Shown in pieces: positions 1-10,849 of a stretch of DNA of 64,000 nt (the first letter of the stretch is position 1; every line of letters starts with the position of its first letter). Under the pieces are notes generated by a model. The model searched no databases. It was given only the letters and a program-made list of their open reading frames with translations, and was not told the DNA's origin. A program made the position numbers and the translations under genes. Source of the stretch: an uncultured Spirochaetota bacterium (GTDB lineage: Bacteria; Spirochaetota; Brevinematia; Brevinematales; JAOACQ01); the NCBI GenBank assembly GCA_963783575.1, contig CAWAOD010000011.1:160001-224000 (forward strand), written 5' to 3'.

Positions 1-276
1 GGGCATGACACATGGATCGGCCATGGGGTTGTAATTATGCCTGGCATCAACGTAGGAAACGGCGCGATTGTCGGAAGTAATTCGGTTGTTACGCATGATG
101 TTCCCCCATATTGTATCGTGGTAGGTGCTCCTGCGCGGGTGGTTCGGCGGCGCTTTCAGAAAGATATAGCCGATGCTGTCGAGAAAACCGCCTGGTGGGA
201 CTGGCCGCATGAAACTATAAGGGAGCGCATTGATGATTTCAAAGATATCCGTATATTTTTAAAAAAATATAATTAA
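1..276 (+). CDS. Hexapeptide-repeat acetyltransferase (CatB/Vat-like, phosphonate-locus type), 5' truncated by window edge
   Basis: Frame is open from base 1: GHDTWIGHGVVIMPGINVGNGAIVGSNSVVTHDVPPYCIVVGAPARVVRRRF...WWDW is the typical xenobiotic acetyltransferase C-terminus; lies directly upstream of phnD. Confidence 0.8.
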   Translation, partial: GHDTWIGHGVVIMPGINVGNGAIVGSNSVVTHDVPPYCIVVGAPARVVRRRFQKDIADAVEKTAWWDWPHETIRERIDDFKDIRIFLKKYN

Positions 277-418
277 ATACCGCGATATCGATTATTCAAA
301 GTTAATATTTAATAATTCACTGAAAATTAATATAAAATTGGTTTTATGCAAATAATAAGATTCTATAATAAAAAAAAGAGAATTTGAATAAATTCAATAG
401 CATTATTGGAGGATAAAA

Positions 419-1450
419 ATGGTTATTAAAAAAATCATGGGGATTTCGAAAGCTGTATCTGCCGCGTCTCTTTTGATTATTGTGTTGCTCGGCGGCTGCG
501 CTCAACAGAAATTCATTACGATGGCCTGGCTGCCCAACAATTCGGGTGATAATGAAAAAGTTATGCGTACCGAGTTTGGAAAAATCATTGAAAACGCGAC
601 GGGCTTTAAAGTAAAGGATAAGCTGACCACTGACTACAATATCGCAATGGCGGCACTAGATTCAGGCGATGCTCAATTGGGCTTTTTCGGTCCTTTTGAG
701 TATATTACCGGTCATGCGAAGAATTCACACATTGTGCCCCTGGTAGTGGAAAGCGGAAATTCGGGCACATTGACAGACGCGATGTATTTCAGCCGCCTTC
801 TCGTTAAAAAGGGCAACGAAGGCAAATATATGACAGGAAATACTTATGCCATCGACAACATAGCTGGAAAGAAAATTTCATTTGTTTCCACGAGTTCGAC
901 TTCAGGCTTTAATATGCCTTCCGCGGCTATTCTGGCTTATTTTCATAGTATGCCAAAATGGAAGGATCTGAAAAAAGATGATCTTATGCAGGGCGGTGAA
1001 GGGAAATTCTTCAGCCAGGTTATGTTTTCAGGTTCGCATCAATTGTCGCTGGTCAATCTGCTGAAAGGCAAAGCGGATATTTCAGCCGTTGATGACATTG
1101 ATGTAAAAAACTATCTTGAGTTGACTTCGGGTGCCGATGAACAGCCAGGCGCTGTTTATACCGTTAAAAAAGACGCCGATGCGCCTTTTACCGATCTCGC
1201 CGGTATGCAATTTGTTATTGTTAAGTCTATTCCGGTATTGAATACTCCTATTGAGGCCAATGATGCATTCCTTAGCCAGGATACTATAAACAAAATAATT
1301 GCTGCGCTGACGGACGACAAGGTGAAGGATAATCAAAATCTGTTTCGGACTGTTGGGTCCTCCATGGCCGGACTTTTTATGCTGCCGCACCGCTTTGTTA
1401 AAATCTCGGACACGGATTATAACGAGATGCGGCAGGTTCTGGGTATTTGA
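419..1450 (+). CDS. phnD: Phosphonate/phosphite ABC transporter substrate-binding lipoprotein
   Basis: Lipobox LLGGC; STSSTSGF and GSHQLSL motifs; GGAGG RBS; first gene of an ABC operon. Confidence 0.88.
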   Translation: MVIKKIMGISKAVSAASLLIIVLLGGCAQQKFITMAWLPNNSGDNEKVMRTEFGKIIENATGFKVKDKLTTDYNIAMAALDSGDAQLGFFGPFEYITGHAKNSHIVPLVVESGNSGTLTDAMYFSRLLVKKGNEGKYMTGNTYAIDNIAGKKISFVSTSSTSGFNMPSAAILAYFHSMPKWKDLKKDDLMQGGEGKFFSQVMFSGSHQLSLVNLLKGKADISAVDDIDVKNYLELTSGADEQPGAVYTVKKDADAPFTDLAGMQFVIVKSIPVLNTPIEANDAFLSQDTINKIIAALTDDKVKDNQNLFRTVGSSMAGLFMLPHRFVKISDTDYNEMRQVLGI

Positions 1451-1489
1451 TAAATACTTTACTTCACGGGGATAAGGCAAGATAAATCT

Positions 1490-1529
1490 ATGAGGGGTGC
1501 TGCCTTTTTAGCGCCCCTCATCCTTTTTT
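1490..1529 (+). terminator. Intra-operon stem-loop / intrinsic terminator-like hairpin between phnD and phnC
   Basis: ATGAGGGGTGCT-loop-AGCGCCCCTCAT followed by CCTTTTTT. Confidence 0.65.
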
Positions 1530-1544
1530 CAGGAGGGTAGCTGC

Positions 1545-2344
1545 ATGGCATTGTTAGAACTTAAAAACGTCACTAAATGTTATATTGGGACAAAACCGGC
1601 CCTGTCAAATGTCAGCTTTTCGGTCAATGAGGGTGAATTTGTCTCGGTTATCGGTTCATCCGGTTCCGGAAAAACTACTCTTTTACGCTGTATCAACCGG
1701 ATGATTGAGCCGACTCATGGGGAAATATTTTTTAACGGTGTTGTGGTTTCCAGGCTGAGAAACATGACCTGAGGAAGATTAGAACCAAGATCGGAATGAT
1801 ATTTCAGCACCACAATCTCGTAGAACGTCTGACTGTCATTGAAAACGTGCTTCATGGAAGGCTTGGCTATAAATCAACCATTGCCGGTATCCTGGGGAGC
1901 TATACTCATGAGGAAAAAAAACAGGCCTGGAAAATTCTGGAAATACTCGGTCTGGAAGAACATGTTTATAAGCGGTGCGATCAGCTCAGCGGTGGCCAGA
2001 AACAAAGGGTAGGTATTGCAAGGGCATTGGTACAGAACCCAAAAATGATACTCTGTGATGAACCAATAGCATCTCTTGATCCGGGTTCATCAAAAATTAT
2101 AATGGATTATCTCAAAAATATCTGCCTGGACCGCGGCATTACCATGATTATCAGCCTTCACCAGGTAAATGTGGCCTTGAACTATTCCCATCGTATTATC
2201 GGGTTCAGCAAAGGCTCCATTCACTTTGATGGGACACCTCTGCAATTCACGCGAAAGAGGATTTCTGAAATTTATGGTACAGAACAGATCGAGGAAAGCT
2301 TTGAACATCAGCCTGACTGCATCCTTAGCGAAGCCATAGGATAA
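1545..2344 (+). CDS. phnC: Phosphonate ABC transporter ATP-binding protein (frameshift at ~1760, probably a sequencing error)
   Basis: Walker A GSSGSGKT in ORF 1545-1772; LSGGQKQRV and DEPIASLDP in ORF 1796-2344; adding one A to agaaac restores ...RLRKHDLRKIRTKIGMIFQ. Confidence 0.88.
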
Positions 2345-2347
2345 GCT

Positions 2348-3133
2348 ATGCAGGAAGATGTCTTTGTCAAAAAAAGAAAAAGTACATTTCTGTTTTTCAG
2401 TCTAATAGCAATTATAACCGTAGGTTCGATGATTATTACCCAATACGACCCCGCAAGGGGTTTCATTAGTATTTTAAAAGCTTTTTTATGGGGTGTGTCT
2501 AATTTCTATCCCGACGGCCCTTCACTGACCCGCTTAGGTGATATTTTAAAAAAACTCCTTGATACGGTCCTTATGGCTATAGCTTCAAGTGTGGCAGCTT
2601 CGGTATTCGCTATGGTATTATCTATAATGGGTTCGCGCAGTACAAGGGTACATGTCTTTTTTACAATCATTGCCAGGGGATTAGCCTCATTTTTTCGGAA
2701 TATTCCGCTGGTGGCATGGGCTATGGTGCTTATGCTTGCTTTCAGCCAGAGTTCCCTCACCGGTTTTCTCGCGCTATTCTTCGGATCGTTTGGATTTCTT
2801 ACACGGGCTTTTATGGAGACTCTTGATGAAGTTGGAGAAAGCAATGTTGAAGCCCTGAAAGCTACCGGAGCGGCCTATCATCATATTATATTCCAGGCTG
2901 TTTTACCTTCAAGCCTGCCTCAGATTGTAAGCTGGCTTTTATTCATGATTGAAACAAATATCCGGGACGCCACCCTTGTAGGATTTCTTACCGGGACAGG
3001 CATAGGTTTTTTATTCGATGTTTATTATAAATCCTTCAATTACCATGTTGCAAGTCTTGTTGTTATCGTCACCGTCATCACTGTAATTGCCGTGGAATTC
3101 ATTTCCAATAAAGTGCGTAGGGAAATATTATGA
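2348..3133 (+). CDS. phnE: Phosphonate ABC transporter permease
   Basis: Multi-TM; EALKATGA (EAA motif), ETNIRDATLVGFLTGTGIG. Confidence 0.88.
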   Translation: MQEDVFVKKRKSTFLFFSLIAIITVGSMIITQYDPARGFISILKAFLWGVSNFYPDGPSLTRLGDILKKLLDTVLMAIASSVAASVFAMVLSIMGSRSTRVHVFFTIIARGLASFFRNIPLVAWAMVLMLAFSQSSLTGFLALFFGSFGFLTRAFMETLDEVGESNVEALKATGAAYHHIIFQAVLPSSLPQIVSWLLFMIETNIRDATLVGFLTGTGIGFLFDVYYKSFNYHVASLVVIVTVITVIAVEFISNKVRREIL

Positions 3134-3981
3134 TGGACCTTATAGCAGTTGTCAATTCCGACAGCACAGAAAATAAAGATCACAGGATGCCGGAAAAACC
3201 GGCGAACCGTGCTGCTATTATTATCCGTATTACACTGGGAATACTCGCGGCTACTGCGCTTTATGGAATTTTGACCCTGGATTACGGAAGCATTAATATT
3301 TCCAACGCGATTGTGGAAACTCTGAATAATTTCAAGGCCATTTTTATCCATCCATACTCTCACCGTCTTTCTATTCTCAACGCTCTGGCTGAAATTGTCA
3401 TAACAATCGGATTATCAGTTCTTATTACCGTTTTCAGCGCGGTTATTGCCTTAATATTAGGCCTTCTGGGCGCGCAGAATCTTGTCCCGAAAAAAGTAAC
3501 TACCGTTGTAAAAGTTTTTGTGGCATTTATACGGGCTGTCCCTTCCATCCTCTGGGTTCTGATTTTTGCTGTATCGGCAGGATTGGGAAGCACCGCGGCG
3601 GTTATAGGACTTTCTTTTCATTCCATCGGTTATTTAACCAAAGCTTACGCCGAGTGTTATGAGGAACTGGACCGCGGGGCAATAGATGCCCTGAAAGCCA
3701 CTGGAGCTAATTGGTGGCAGATTGTCTTCCAGGCAGTCATCCCGTCATCGGCTACCTACCTTTTATCCTGGACATTCCTACGGTTCGAGTTGAATTTCTC
3801 CAACACAGTTGCTATGGGTGCTGCTGCCGGTGCAGCAGGTATAGGCTTCGATCTTTTCATGGCAAGCACTTTTTATTTCGACCTGCACGAAGTGGGACTT
3901 ATCACTTATTTCATTCTGGCTTTTGCTTTCATACTTGAAGTCATTGCGACAAGGGCAAAATCAAAACTCAAGGAAAAATAA
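3130..3981 (+). CDS. phnE: Phosphonate ABC transporter permease (second copy)
   Basis: Multi-TM; DALKATGANW, RFELNF motifs; overlaps the stop of the previous gene. Confidence 0.88.
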   Translation: MMDLIAVVNSDSTENKDHRMPEKPANRAAIIIRITLGILAATALYGILTLDYGSINISNAIVETLNNFKAIFIHPYSHRLSILNALAEIVITIGLSVLITVFSAVIALILGLLGAQNLVPKKVTTVVKVFVAFIRAVPSILWVLIFAVSAGLGSTAAVIGLSFHSIGYLTKAYAECYEELDRGAIDALKATGANWWQIVFQAVIPSSATYLLSWTFLRFELNFSNTVAMGAAAGAAGIGFDLFMASTFYFDLHEVGLITYFILAFAFILEVIATRAKSKLKEK

Positions 3982-4020
3982 AAGGCCAGAATTTTTTTGT
4001 ATTCAATAATCATATATTTA

Positions 4021-5881
4021 GTGCCTGAACGGAAACTCCAATTTTAAAAAATTTCTAAATCAAAAGCTCAGTTATGCTATTTTCCTGATTACAAAAATTT
4101 TTCCTGAAACAAAACTTATTAAATACTTTGCACCGTATCTAAGAATTAATACAAAAAAAACCAAAATATAACATTTTAAAAGCTTATGGGCAGACTATAC
4201 CCTTAGATATCAAATTAGCCGGAAAATCTATGCTGCCTTCATAATTTTCTTTTTTCCCGGGAGGCGTGCCTCTCTTTCCTGCCTCTTTATCTCTTTCTGC
4301 ACAAGGATATGTCCCATAATCTGAATGTTCCTGGCGACAAAAGACAAACTGACATACCTCTTAAACCCAACTATTCCATGGTCAAGGCATCTGTCCAAAC
4401 CATGATTTTCCATGGCGCTGATCCCTGACTCCACAGCTCTATGTGCCCGTTTTGCCACCCGGTACTCCTCTGTTTTTTCCCGCTCCTTTTCATCAATCGT
4501 TAGCTTGCCTTTCCTTGTCATAATCAGTTTATCCACCATTTTTCCCAGTTTGCTCTTGTTTTCAGGACTGTAAAATCCTTTATCATAGCTCACCTGTCTG
4601 ATGTTATTAAATACAGAAATAGTTTCTTCCATAATACTAACTGCCACCGCTTCGTCAGTCTTCTTTTCCATAACCATGTGATTAAGCATAAAACCAAACT
4701 GATCCTGCACCACACAAACCCGGACTCCAAGTTCCTGTGGTACTCCGGCTTTTCCTTTACTGATCCACTCTGTATGAGGCTCGAAAATCGAAAATATTTT
4801 CTCTTCGTGATGGATAACCTCACCTTTCAGTACCCGTCTGTTGACTTGATCCATCAGCTTTAGAGCCAGCCTAATATAATGTTCTAATGTCATTTCCAAT
4901 GGTATATTTGTAACCATCTTTAGAGAATCTGTTACTTTCAAGAGAATATTTTCGATATCCTTGAGATAATTCCTGTATTCCTTTTTTATCCGTTTGTCAC
5001 TTTTACCTATCTTTACTTGATCTTTTGAAGTCGATCGTTTCAGCCTTTGTATGCTCATAACTTTTTTTTAAGCTTCCCGATAGTATGTTTCCCCTGGCGA
5101 AAACCTGTTAGACCTGCATTTTTAAAGAATCCGACTATACCTGTAATTACCTTTCTCATGGCATCAAACAGAAGACTGATATCTGTCGGGAAATGAACGT
5201 CTGTTTCAACAACAAAGGAATCAACCTTCACTTTTAAACCTTTTTTTGCTTTTTCCCCAATAAGATCGTGGCCGGCTTTAACAACCACTTCATTAATCTT
5301 TGATAGTATTTCAGGAGTGAATAGAGAAATGTTCTCCCTGAGTGTCTGCAAAGCATATCTATCGACAGTAAACTCAGTTTTGCCAAGCATCTGCCTTATA
5401 GCTTTGTGATTATTCGCCTGATCCTGGAGTTTGTCATAGTCCCAGTTGCAATTCAATCGCAGCATTCCCATCACAAAGATTTCCCATATACTCATCCCCT
5501 TTCTTCCGATTCTTTTCTTTTTTATCTGGTATCATTTCCTCAAATATCTTGAATATTTTGTCCTTGATTTCAGGATTGCAATATATATATTTCAGGCCCA
5601 TAAGCAGCTTTGGAACCTCGTCACGGCAAGTTAAATCAATCACTATTTCACTGATATCAACTTCACCGATCTTTTTCTGTACTTCTTCGTTTTGTCTCAT
5701 AAATTTTTCCTCGAAGATTTAAAAAATTATATTTTTGTCGGGTTGATGCATGTCCATATCTGATAATATATTATAGCATTTTTATTCGGTTTTGTATTGC
5801 TTTTTTATTCAAATCTTCAATTTTATTTTATGCCATAATTCCCTTGCTAGTACTGCATTATCTGTATTTCCGTTCAGACAC
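4021..5881 (-). mobile_element. IS element, ISNCY (ISDol1-like) group, 1861 bp
   Basis: Terminal inverted repeats GTGCCTGAACGGAAA (4021-4035) and TTTCCGTTCAGACAC (5867-5881); 6-bp direct repeat TATTTA at 4015-4020 and 5882-5887. Confidence 0.85.
4228..5700 (-). CDS. ISNCY-family DDE transposase, in three frames (frameshifts at ~5520 and ~5065)
   Basis: RDEVPKLL, NWDYDKL, DSFVVETDVHFPTD, EKIFSIFEPHTEWISKGKAG, SYDKGF and VESGI motifs; both breaks lie in A-runs. Confidence 0.82.
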
Positions 5882-5901
5882 TATTTAATCATTTGCTATG
5901 A

Positions 5902-7609
5902 CCTAAACTGAGCGATTCTTAACTATCCATAAAAATAGAACCATGCTAAAATAAAATGGGGTAAGGAAATGGTTACAGCCATCCTTACCCCGGAATAACA
6001 CCCATTGGGTGCAAAAGCAGGTAAATTATGACTGAAAAAAATAAAAATCGCAAAATTCAGGGAAATGAGATTCAAAAAATCGGCATAACGAAAGATTGTC
6101 TTACCAGCCGCGGCGGGCTTACGTTTGTCCTGAGATATCTCAAGAATATTAAAGTTATTCCCCTGATCAGCGAAGTATTTCAGGGAATTCGCAAGAGCCG
6201 CAAAGGTAAAGATATAGAAAAAATTATTTCTCAATTGATGCTGTTTTTCATAGATGGAAGCAAATTTACCATGACCCGGTTTGATGAATTGGCAAATGAT
6301 ATCGGGCACAGAAAGGCCATTGAATGCAGCAAAGACAATATGTGCTCATCCCATGTGATAAAGAGATTTTTTCAGTGGTAAAAAAGACAATGTTTAAAGA
6401 GCTTCAAAAGATTCTAATTAAGCTTTTTGTCTGGCGTCTCAAGATAAAGAACCCGAAAGTTATTATTCTCGGACTTGATACGATGGTACTGAATAATGAT
6501 GACGCTAAAAAGCGAAACGGCGTGACTTATACCTACAAAAAGGTTAACGGGTATCATCCGCTGCATATGTATTGGAATGGTTTTATCGTGAACCTGGCGT
6601 TCCACGAAGGAAGCGAATCCCCGAATCACGGTGACGATCTGTTTACAATGCTGGAAGAAACAGTGAAGGAAATCCGGAAATGCTATGACAAAGAGGTGCC
6701 GATTATCGTTGTGTCTGATAGCGGGTTTTTTGACCAAAAGTATTTTAAGAAGCTGGAAGACCTGAAACTGTTCTTTATATGCGGCGGGAGAATACTGGAT
6801 TCAATCAAACTCGATTTGATGAAGCGATTGCCGGAAGAATGGAGAAGGTTTGAGAAAAAAGGAGATGTAATTGAATACCTGGACTTTCGGGACAGACGGG
6901 ATAGCTGGGAAAAGGGATACCGTGCCATTTATACCAAATATGAATGTGAAGACGGGGTTTTCAGATTAGCGTTCGACAGGCCTGAAAATATTATTTATAC
7001 AAATCTTGAAGAAGCGGAAGTATTGAAAGAAAAGGGGCTTGTGAAATATATGACGGCAGAGGAAATAGTGAGGCTCTATCATCTGAGGGCAAAAGATGAA
7101 CTGGTGAACCGTGGAATAAAAGAATTCGTGGATGAAACACTGCCGTTTAAGAGTTTTGTATCAAACGGTGTATATTATTTTTTATCGATAATAGCGTATA
7201 ATCTGCTGTCGGCTTATCAGGCGGATATGGATATACCGGAAATACCAGTGGAAAGTTATCCGGATACGGTCAGGCGAATATTTATTGATATTGCGGGAAA
7301 GATTGTTAAAACAGGCGGGCGGGCTATTTTAAAATTCAGGGAAGAAGTAGTTGACAGGTTTAAATTGTTAGATTTGTGGGAGAAATGCGGAACGGTTACC
7401 CCGATTTAAAGATGCGCTCTGTTTTCATGGATTAATAAGGGGGTATTGCGCCAAAAATTGAAAATATCTCAGAGATTGATGATTTTAGTGCTTTCAAACG
7501 CATAAATTCGGCAAATTAACCGGTGACAAAAAAATATATCCAAATTTTTATAAATTTTGGCTTTTATAAACCTGTTTTTGGTATTTATTAAAAAATCGCT
7601 CAGTTTGGG
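5902..7609 (+). mobile_element. IS1380-family element, 1708 bp
   Basis: Inverted repeats CCTAAACTGAGCGATT (5902-5917) and AATCGCTCAGTTTGGG (7594-7609), CC-starting ends; 5-bp direct repeat TATGA at 5897-5901 and 7610-7614. Confidence 0.88.
6028..7409 (+). CDS. IS1380-family transposase (frameshift at ~6370)
   Basis: LTSRGGL, LGLDT, GYHPL, VVSDSGF, YHLRAKDE, IAGKIVKTGG motifs; one extra T in the gattttttc run joins the two ORFs. Confidence 0.85.
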
Positions 7610-7707
7610 TATGATGAATACCATTTATTAATATTTGAAAGTTTTCAAAATTAGGATTATACTTTTTCTTGTATCAATCGGGTTTATATAGATGCAAAGG
7701 GGCAAAA

Positions 7708-8194
7708 ATGAAAATCGAATACGCATCAATTGACCTTTACAAATCATATTGTGAGGCTGTTAAATCAGTCTGCGAAGAAGAAAAATATTTAGCTAATACA
7801 ACCGGCTTTTCTGAAGAGCAGACAAAATCTTTTGTAGAAAAGATTATATCAAATAATTTTTCACAGTTTTATGCCATTGAAAACGGCCGTGTAATCGGAT
7901 GGTGCGATATTATTCCGAGAGAACAGGAAGCTCCATAGGCACATTGGTGTTCTGGGAATGGGTATAATTCCAGGATTCCGCGGTAGAGGAATCGGGACGG
8001 AACTGATCATCCGCACGATAAGCCATGCAAGGTCGCATGGGATTGAAAGAATCGAGCTGGAAGTGTGTGCGGATAATTCAATAGCACAAAAACTTTATGA
8101 AAAAACCGGTTTTCAAAAAGAGGGTGTTAAACGGAAAGGCAAAAAAATCAAAGGCCGGTATGAGGATGTAATAATAATGGGGTTAATTGGATAA
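7708..8194 (+). CDS. GNAT-family N-acetyltransferase (frameshift at ~7933)
   Basis: VIGWCDI...GVLGMGIIPGFRGRGIG (acetyl-CoA motif A), LEVCADN, LYEKTGF; removing one C in gctccat joins the ORFs. Confidence 0.82.
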
Positions 8195-8244
8195 TGTCGG
8201 ATATTTATATTAAAAACAATTTAGTGATTATGGAGGTAATAATT

Positions 8245-8811
8245 ATGGTAGGAATTAAAGGGTCGGTTATCAACGAAACTATTGAAGCCGTGAGGAAAAG
8301 AAGCGGAGACCAAATATTTAATGATATTATCGGCCATTTAGACAAACAATCAAAACATTTATTTGAGAATATGATATTAGCGGCGGAATGGTATCCGTTA
8401 GATTCCTTTATAAAATTTCTTGAATTTGATATAAAATTAACCACAAACGGTAATGAAAATGAATTAATTGATCGATCGGAAGATTTACTTGGAAAACAAT
8501 TAAAAGGCATTTTTAAGTCATTTGTGAAAGAAGGATCACCAGAATTTGTTCTCGATAATTGTGTTTCAATTATGCATAAAAGTTATTTCAATGGTGTTAC
8601 GATTGAAAAAAAAATGGAAGGGCCGGATAAAGTATTAATAAGATATATCGGTTTTGAAAAACAACACAAACTGATAGAATACAGTATTATCGGATTTTAC
8701 AAAAAAGCCCTGGAACTTTCGGGAGCGAAAAATGTTCAGGCTGAATATTTAACTTCAATTAAAGAAAATAAAGGCTATTGCGATCTTGAAATCTCATGGA
8801 AAAGGGAATGA
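8245..8811 (+). CDS. Hypothetical protein, DUF2378/H-NOX-V4R-like small ligand-binding fold
   Basis: GGAGG RBS before ATG 8245; IKG..., WYP and terminal EISW pattern resemble DUF2378-type proteins (recognised by eye). Confidence 0.45.
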   Translation: MVGIKGSVINETIEAVRKRSGDQIFNDIIGHLDKQSKHLFENMILAAEWYPLDSFIKFLEFDIKLTTNGNENELIDRSEDLLGKQLKGIFKSFVKEGSPEFVLDNCVSIMHKSYFNGVTIEKKMEGPDKVLIRYIGFEKQHKLIEYSIIGFYKKALELSGAKNVQAEYLTSIKENKGYCDLEISWKRE

Positions 8812-8948
8812 ATTATCTAATTTAATTCAAAATTTCCGGAGCAAAAAAAAAGAAAATCTTTATTTATATGTTGATTTACGTTTTTTTATTTCATATCCGG
8901 TTTAAATAAAGGGTATTAATGTCCATCTACCCAGGCCCCTTTGCTTCT

Positions 8949-9073
8949 CTTCGGCAACAGACTGTGTGAAAACTCGGCTTTTTGAAGCGTAATTCTATAT
9001 TTTCCGTTTTGTAACTTCTATAAATACATAATGAAAAATTGTTTTCACACAGCCTGCAAGCTCAGGGCAGGCT
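8949..9073 (+). repeat. REP-like repeat copy A, interrupted by a MITE
   Basis: Removing 8958-9056 and one CAA gives CTTCGGCAAGCTCAGGGCAGGCT, which matches the uninterrupted copy at 52069-52092. Confidence 0.75.
8958..9056. mobile_element. 99-bp non-autonomous MITE with IS1182-type ends
   Basis: CAGACTGTGTGAAAAC ... GTTTTCACACAGCCTG, 15-16 of 16 identical to the ends of the neighbouring IS1182; flanked by CAA direct repeat (8955-8957, 9057-9059); no ORF. Confidence 0.85.
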
Positions 9074-9158
9074 GCTTGACCCGGTTTAGATTTCTTACGC
9101 AACAAAGTTGCGTATAGCTTTGCGGAGTTTATTCCTAGCAAAGCCTGCCCTGAGATTA

Positions 9159-10849
9159 CAGACTGTGTGAAAACACAGTAAATATGCTATAATTATTAGA
9201 ACAAAAATAATCGGAGTAAAAGATGAAGCATATTGAGGGAGAATCAAGGGATCAGATAGTTCTGTTCAATGAAACACTGGAAGATCTGTTAGGAGAAGAA
9301 GATCCGGTAAGGTTTATAGATATTTTTGTTGATAAGCTAAATATGAAAGGAGTTGGTTTTAAAGTAAAAGAAGCATCAACCGGCAGAAGTTCATATAAAT
9401 CCGAAATACTTTTAAAAATCTATATTTACGGATATTTGAATAAAATCAGGACAAGCAGGAAATTAGAGAGAGAGTGCCGAAGAAACACAGAGTTGATGTG
9501 GCTGACTGGACGACTAGCGCCGGATTTCAAGACGATTGCCGACTTCAGGAAAGATAATAAGAAGGGAATACAGTCGATATTCAGAGAATTTTTGAAGATA
9601 TGTCATAAAGCCGGGCTTTTATCATTTGACGTTGTTGGAATTGATGGAACCAAGATCAGTGCGCAAAACCACAATAACAATGTTTATCATAGGAAAAACA
9701 TAGAAGAAATCATACATAGAATAGATCAAAAGATCGAAGAATATTTGAATGAGATGGATAAGAACGATAAGGAAGAAAAGAATGAATTTGAATTTCTTTC
9801 CGGAAAGATAGCGGAACGTTTAAAGAAAATGAAAACAAAAAAGGATAAAGTTGAGGCTATTAAAAAGATTTTTGAGGGAAATCCTGAAATGGAGAAATAT
9901 TATTCAAATGACCCGGAAAGCCGGTTTATGAATGATAAAGGGAAATCCGACATTGCATATAATCTGCAGATGGCAGTAGATGATGCGAATAAACTGATTG
10001 TGGTGATTGATGTGACGAATGAAAACAATGATATCAAACAGATGGCAGGAATGTGTGACCGAGTAGAAGAAATAAAGGACGAGCTTAAGGTAGAGACTGA
10101 AACGGTCAAAGTATCGGATGCCGGTTATTACAGCGAACCGCAGATACTGGAATGTATAGATAAGGGACATAACGTATATATGCCGAATCCGGATGACGGA
10201 CATAAGGCAAGGATTCGAGGCAAAGAAGATAATAAAGGAGTACCTGCTGAAGAATACCAGGTTGATAAATTCAAATATGATCCGGGACAAAATGTTTATT
10301 ATTGTCCGGAGGGAAACCCATTAGTGAGAAATGGGAAAAAAGTAGAGAAGGTCAATGGAGGAAAAGAGATAGTCAGGTACAAGTGCGGCTTATGCAGCCA
10401 ATGTGAAGTAAGAAATAAGTGTACTGAAAGCGTGGAAGGACGAAGTATCAAAGTACCAGTTAGAAAAGAAGAAATTGAGAACTTCAAGAGGAAAATTCGT
10501 TCTGAAGCCGGGAAAAAGATCATAGAGAAAAGGAAAGAGATATGTGAACATCCATTTGGATCGATAAAAAGGAATATGGGTTACAGTTATTTTTTAATGA
10601 AGGGAAAGGATGGCGTTCTGACGGAATCCAGTTTGGCAGGATTCATTCATAATTTAATAAAAGTATTGAATATATTGGGAATAAAGAGACTTATGACTCT
10701 GGTTTGATGCTAATAAACCATCGTTTATCGTATTCGGATAGATTTTTTAAACTAAGATTTTTTTAGCTTGAAAAATATATCAAAAAATGGAGTCTTTGTA
10801 TAATTAATCGATTTTACTATAAAATTTTACTGAGTTTTCACACAGTCTG
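9159..10849 (+). mobile_element. IS1182-family element, 1691 bp
   Basis: Inverted repeats CAGACTGTGTGAAAACACAGTAAA and TTTACTGAGTTTTCACACAGTCTG; 3-bp direct repeat TTA (9156-9158, 10850-10852). Confidence 0.9.
9223..10707 (+). CDS. IS1182-family transposase (intact)
   Basis: IYIYGYLN...SRKLERE, PDFKTIADFR, IDGTKI, DAGY, YYCPEG, EHPFGSIK motifs. Confidence 0.92.
   Translation: MKHIEGESRDQIVLFNETLEDLLGEEDPVRFIDIFVDKLNMKGVGFKVKEASTGRSSYKSEILLKIYIYGYLNKIRTSRKLERECRRNTELMWLTGRLAPDFKTIADFRKDNKKGIQSIFREFLKICHKAGLLSFDVVGIDGTKISAQNHNNNVYHRKNIEEIIHRIDQKIEEYLNEMDKNDKEEKNEFEFLSGKIAERLKKMKTKKDKVEAIKKIFEGNPEMEKYYSNDPESRFMNDKGKSDIAYNLQMAVDDANKLIVVIDVTNENNDIKQMAGMCDRVEEIKDELKVETETVKVSDAGYYSEPQILECIDKGHNVYMPNPDDGHKARIRGKEDNKGVPAEEYQVDKFKYDPGQNVYYCPEGNPLVRNGKKVEKVNGGKEIVRYKCGLCSQCEVRNKCTESVEGRSIKVPVRKEEIENFKRKIRSEAGKKIIEKRKEICEHPFGSIKRNMGYSYFLMKGKDGVLTESSLAGFIHNLIKVLNILGIKRLMTLV

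Noticed and set aside
296..365. Possible PHO-box-like TTAATA repeats upstream of phnD
   Set aside because: Spacing is irregular and the region is so AT-rich that the matches are not informative.
5055..5075. Programmed -1 frameshifting at the A8 run of the ISNCY transposase
   Set aside because: This family is normally a single ORF, and the window has many similar homopolymer indels in non-mobile genes, so error is more parsimonious.
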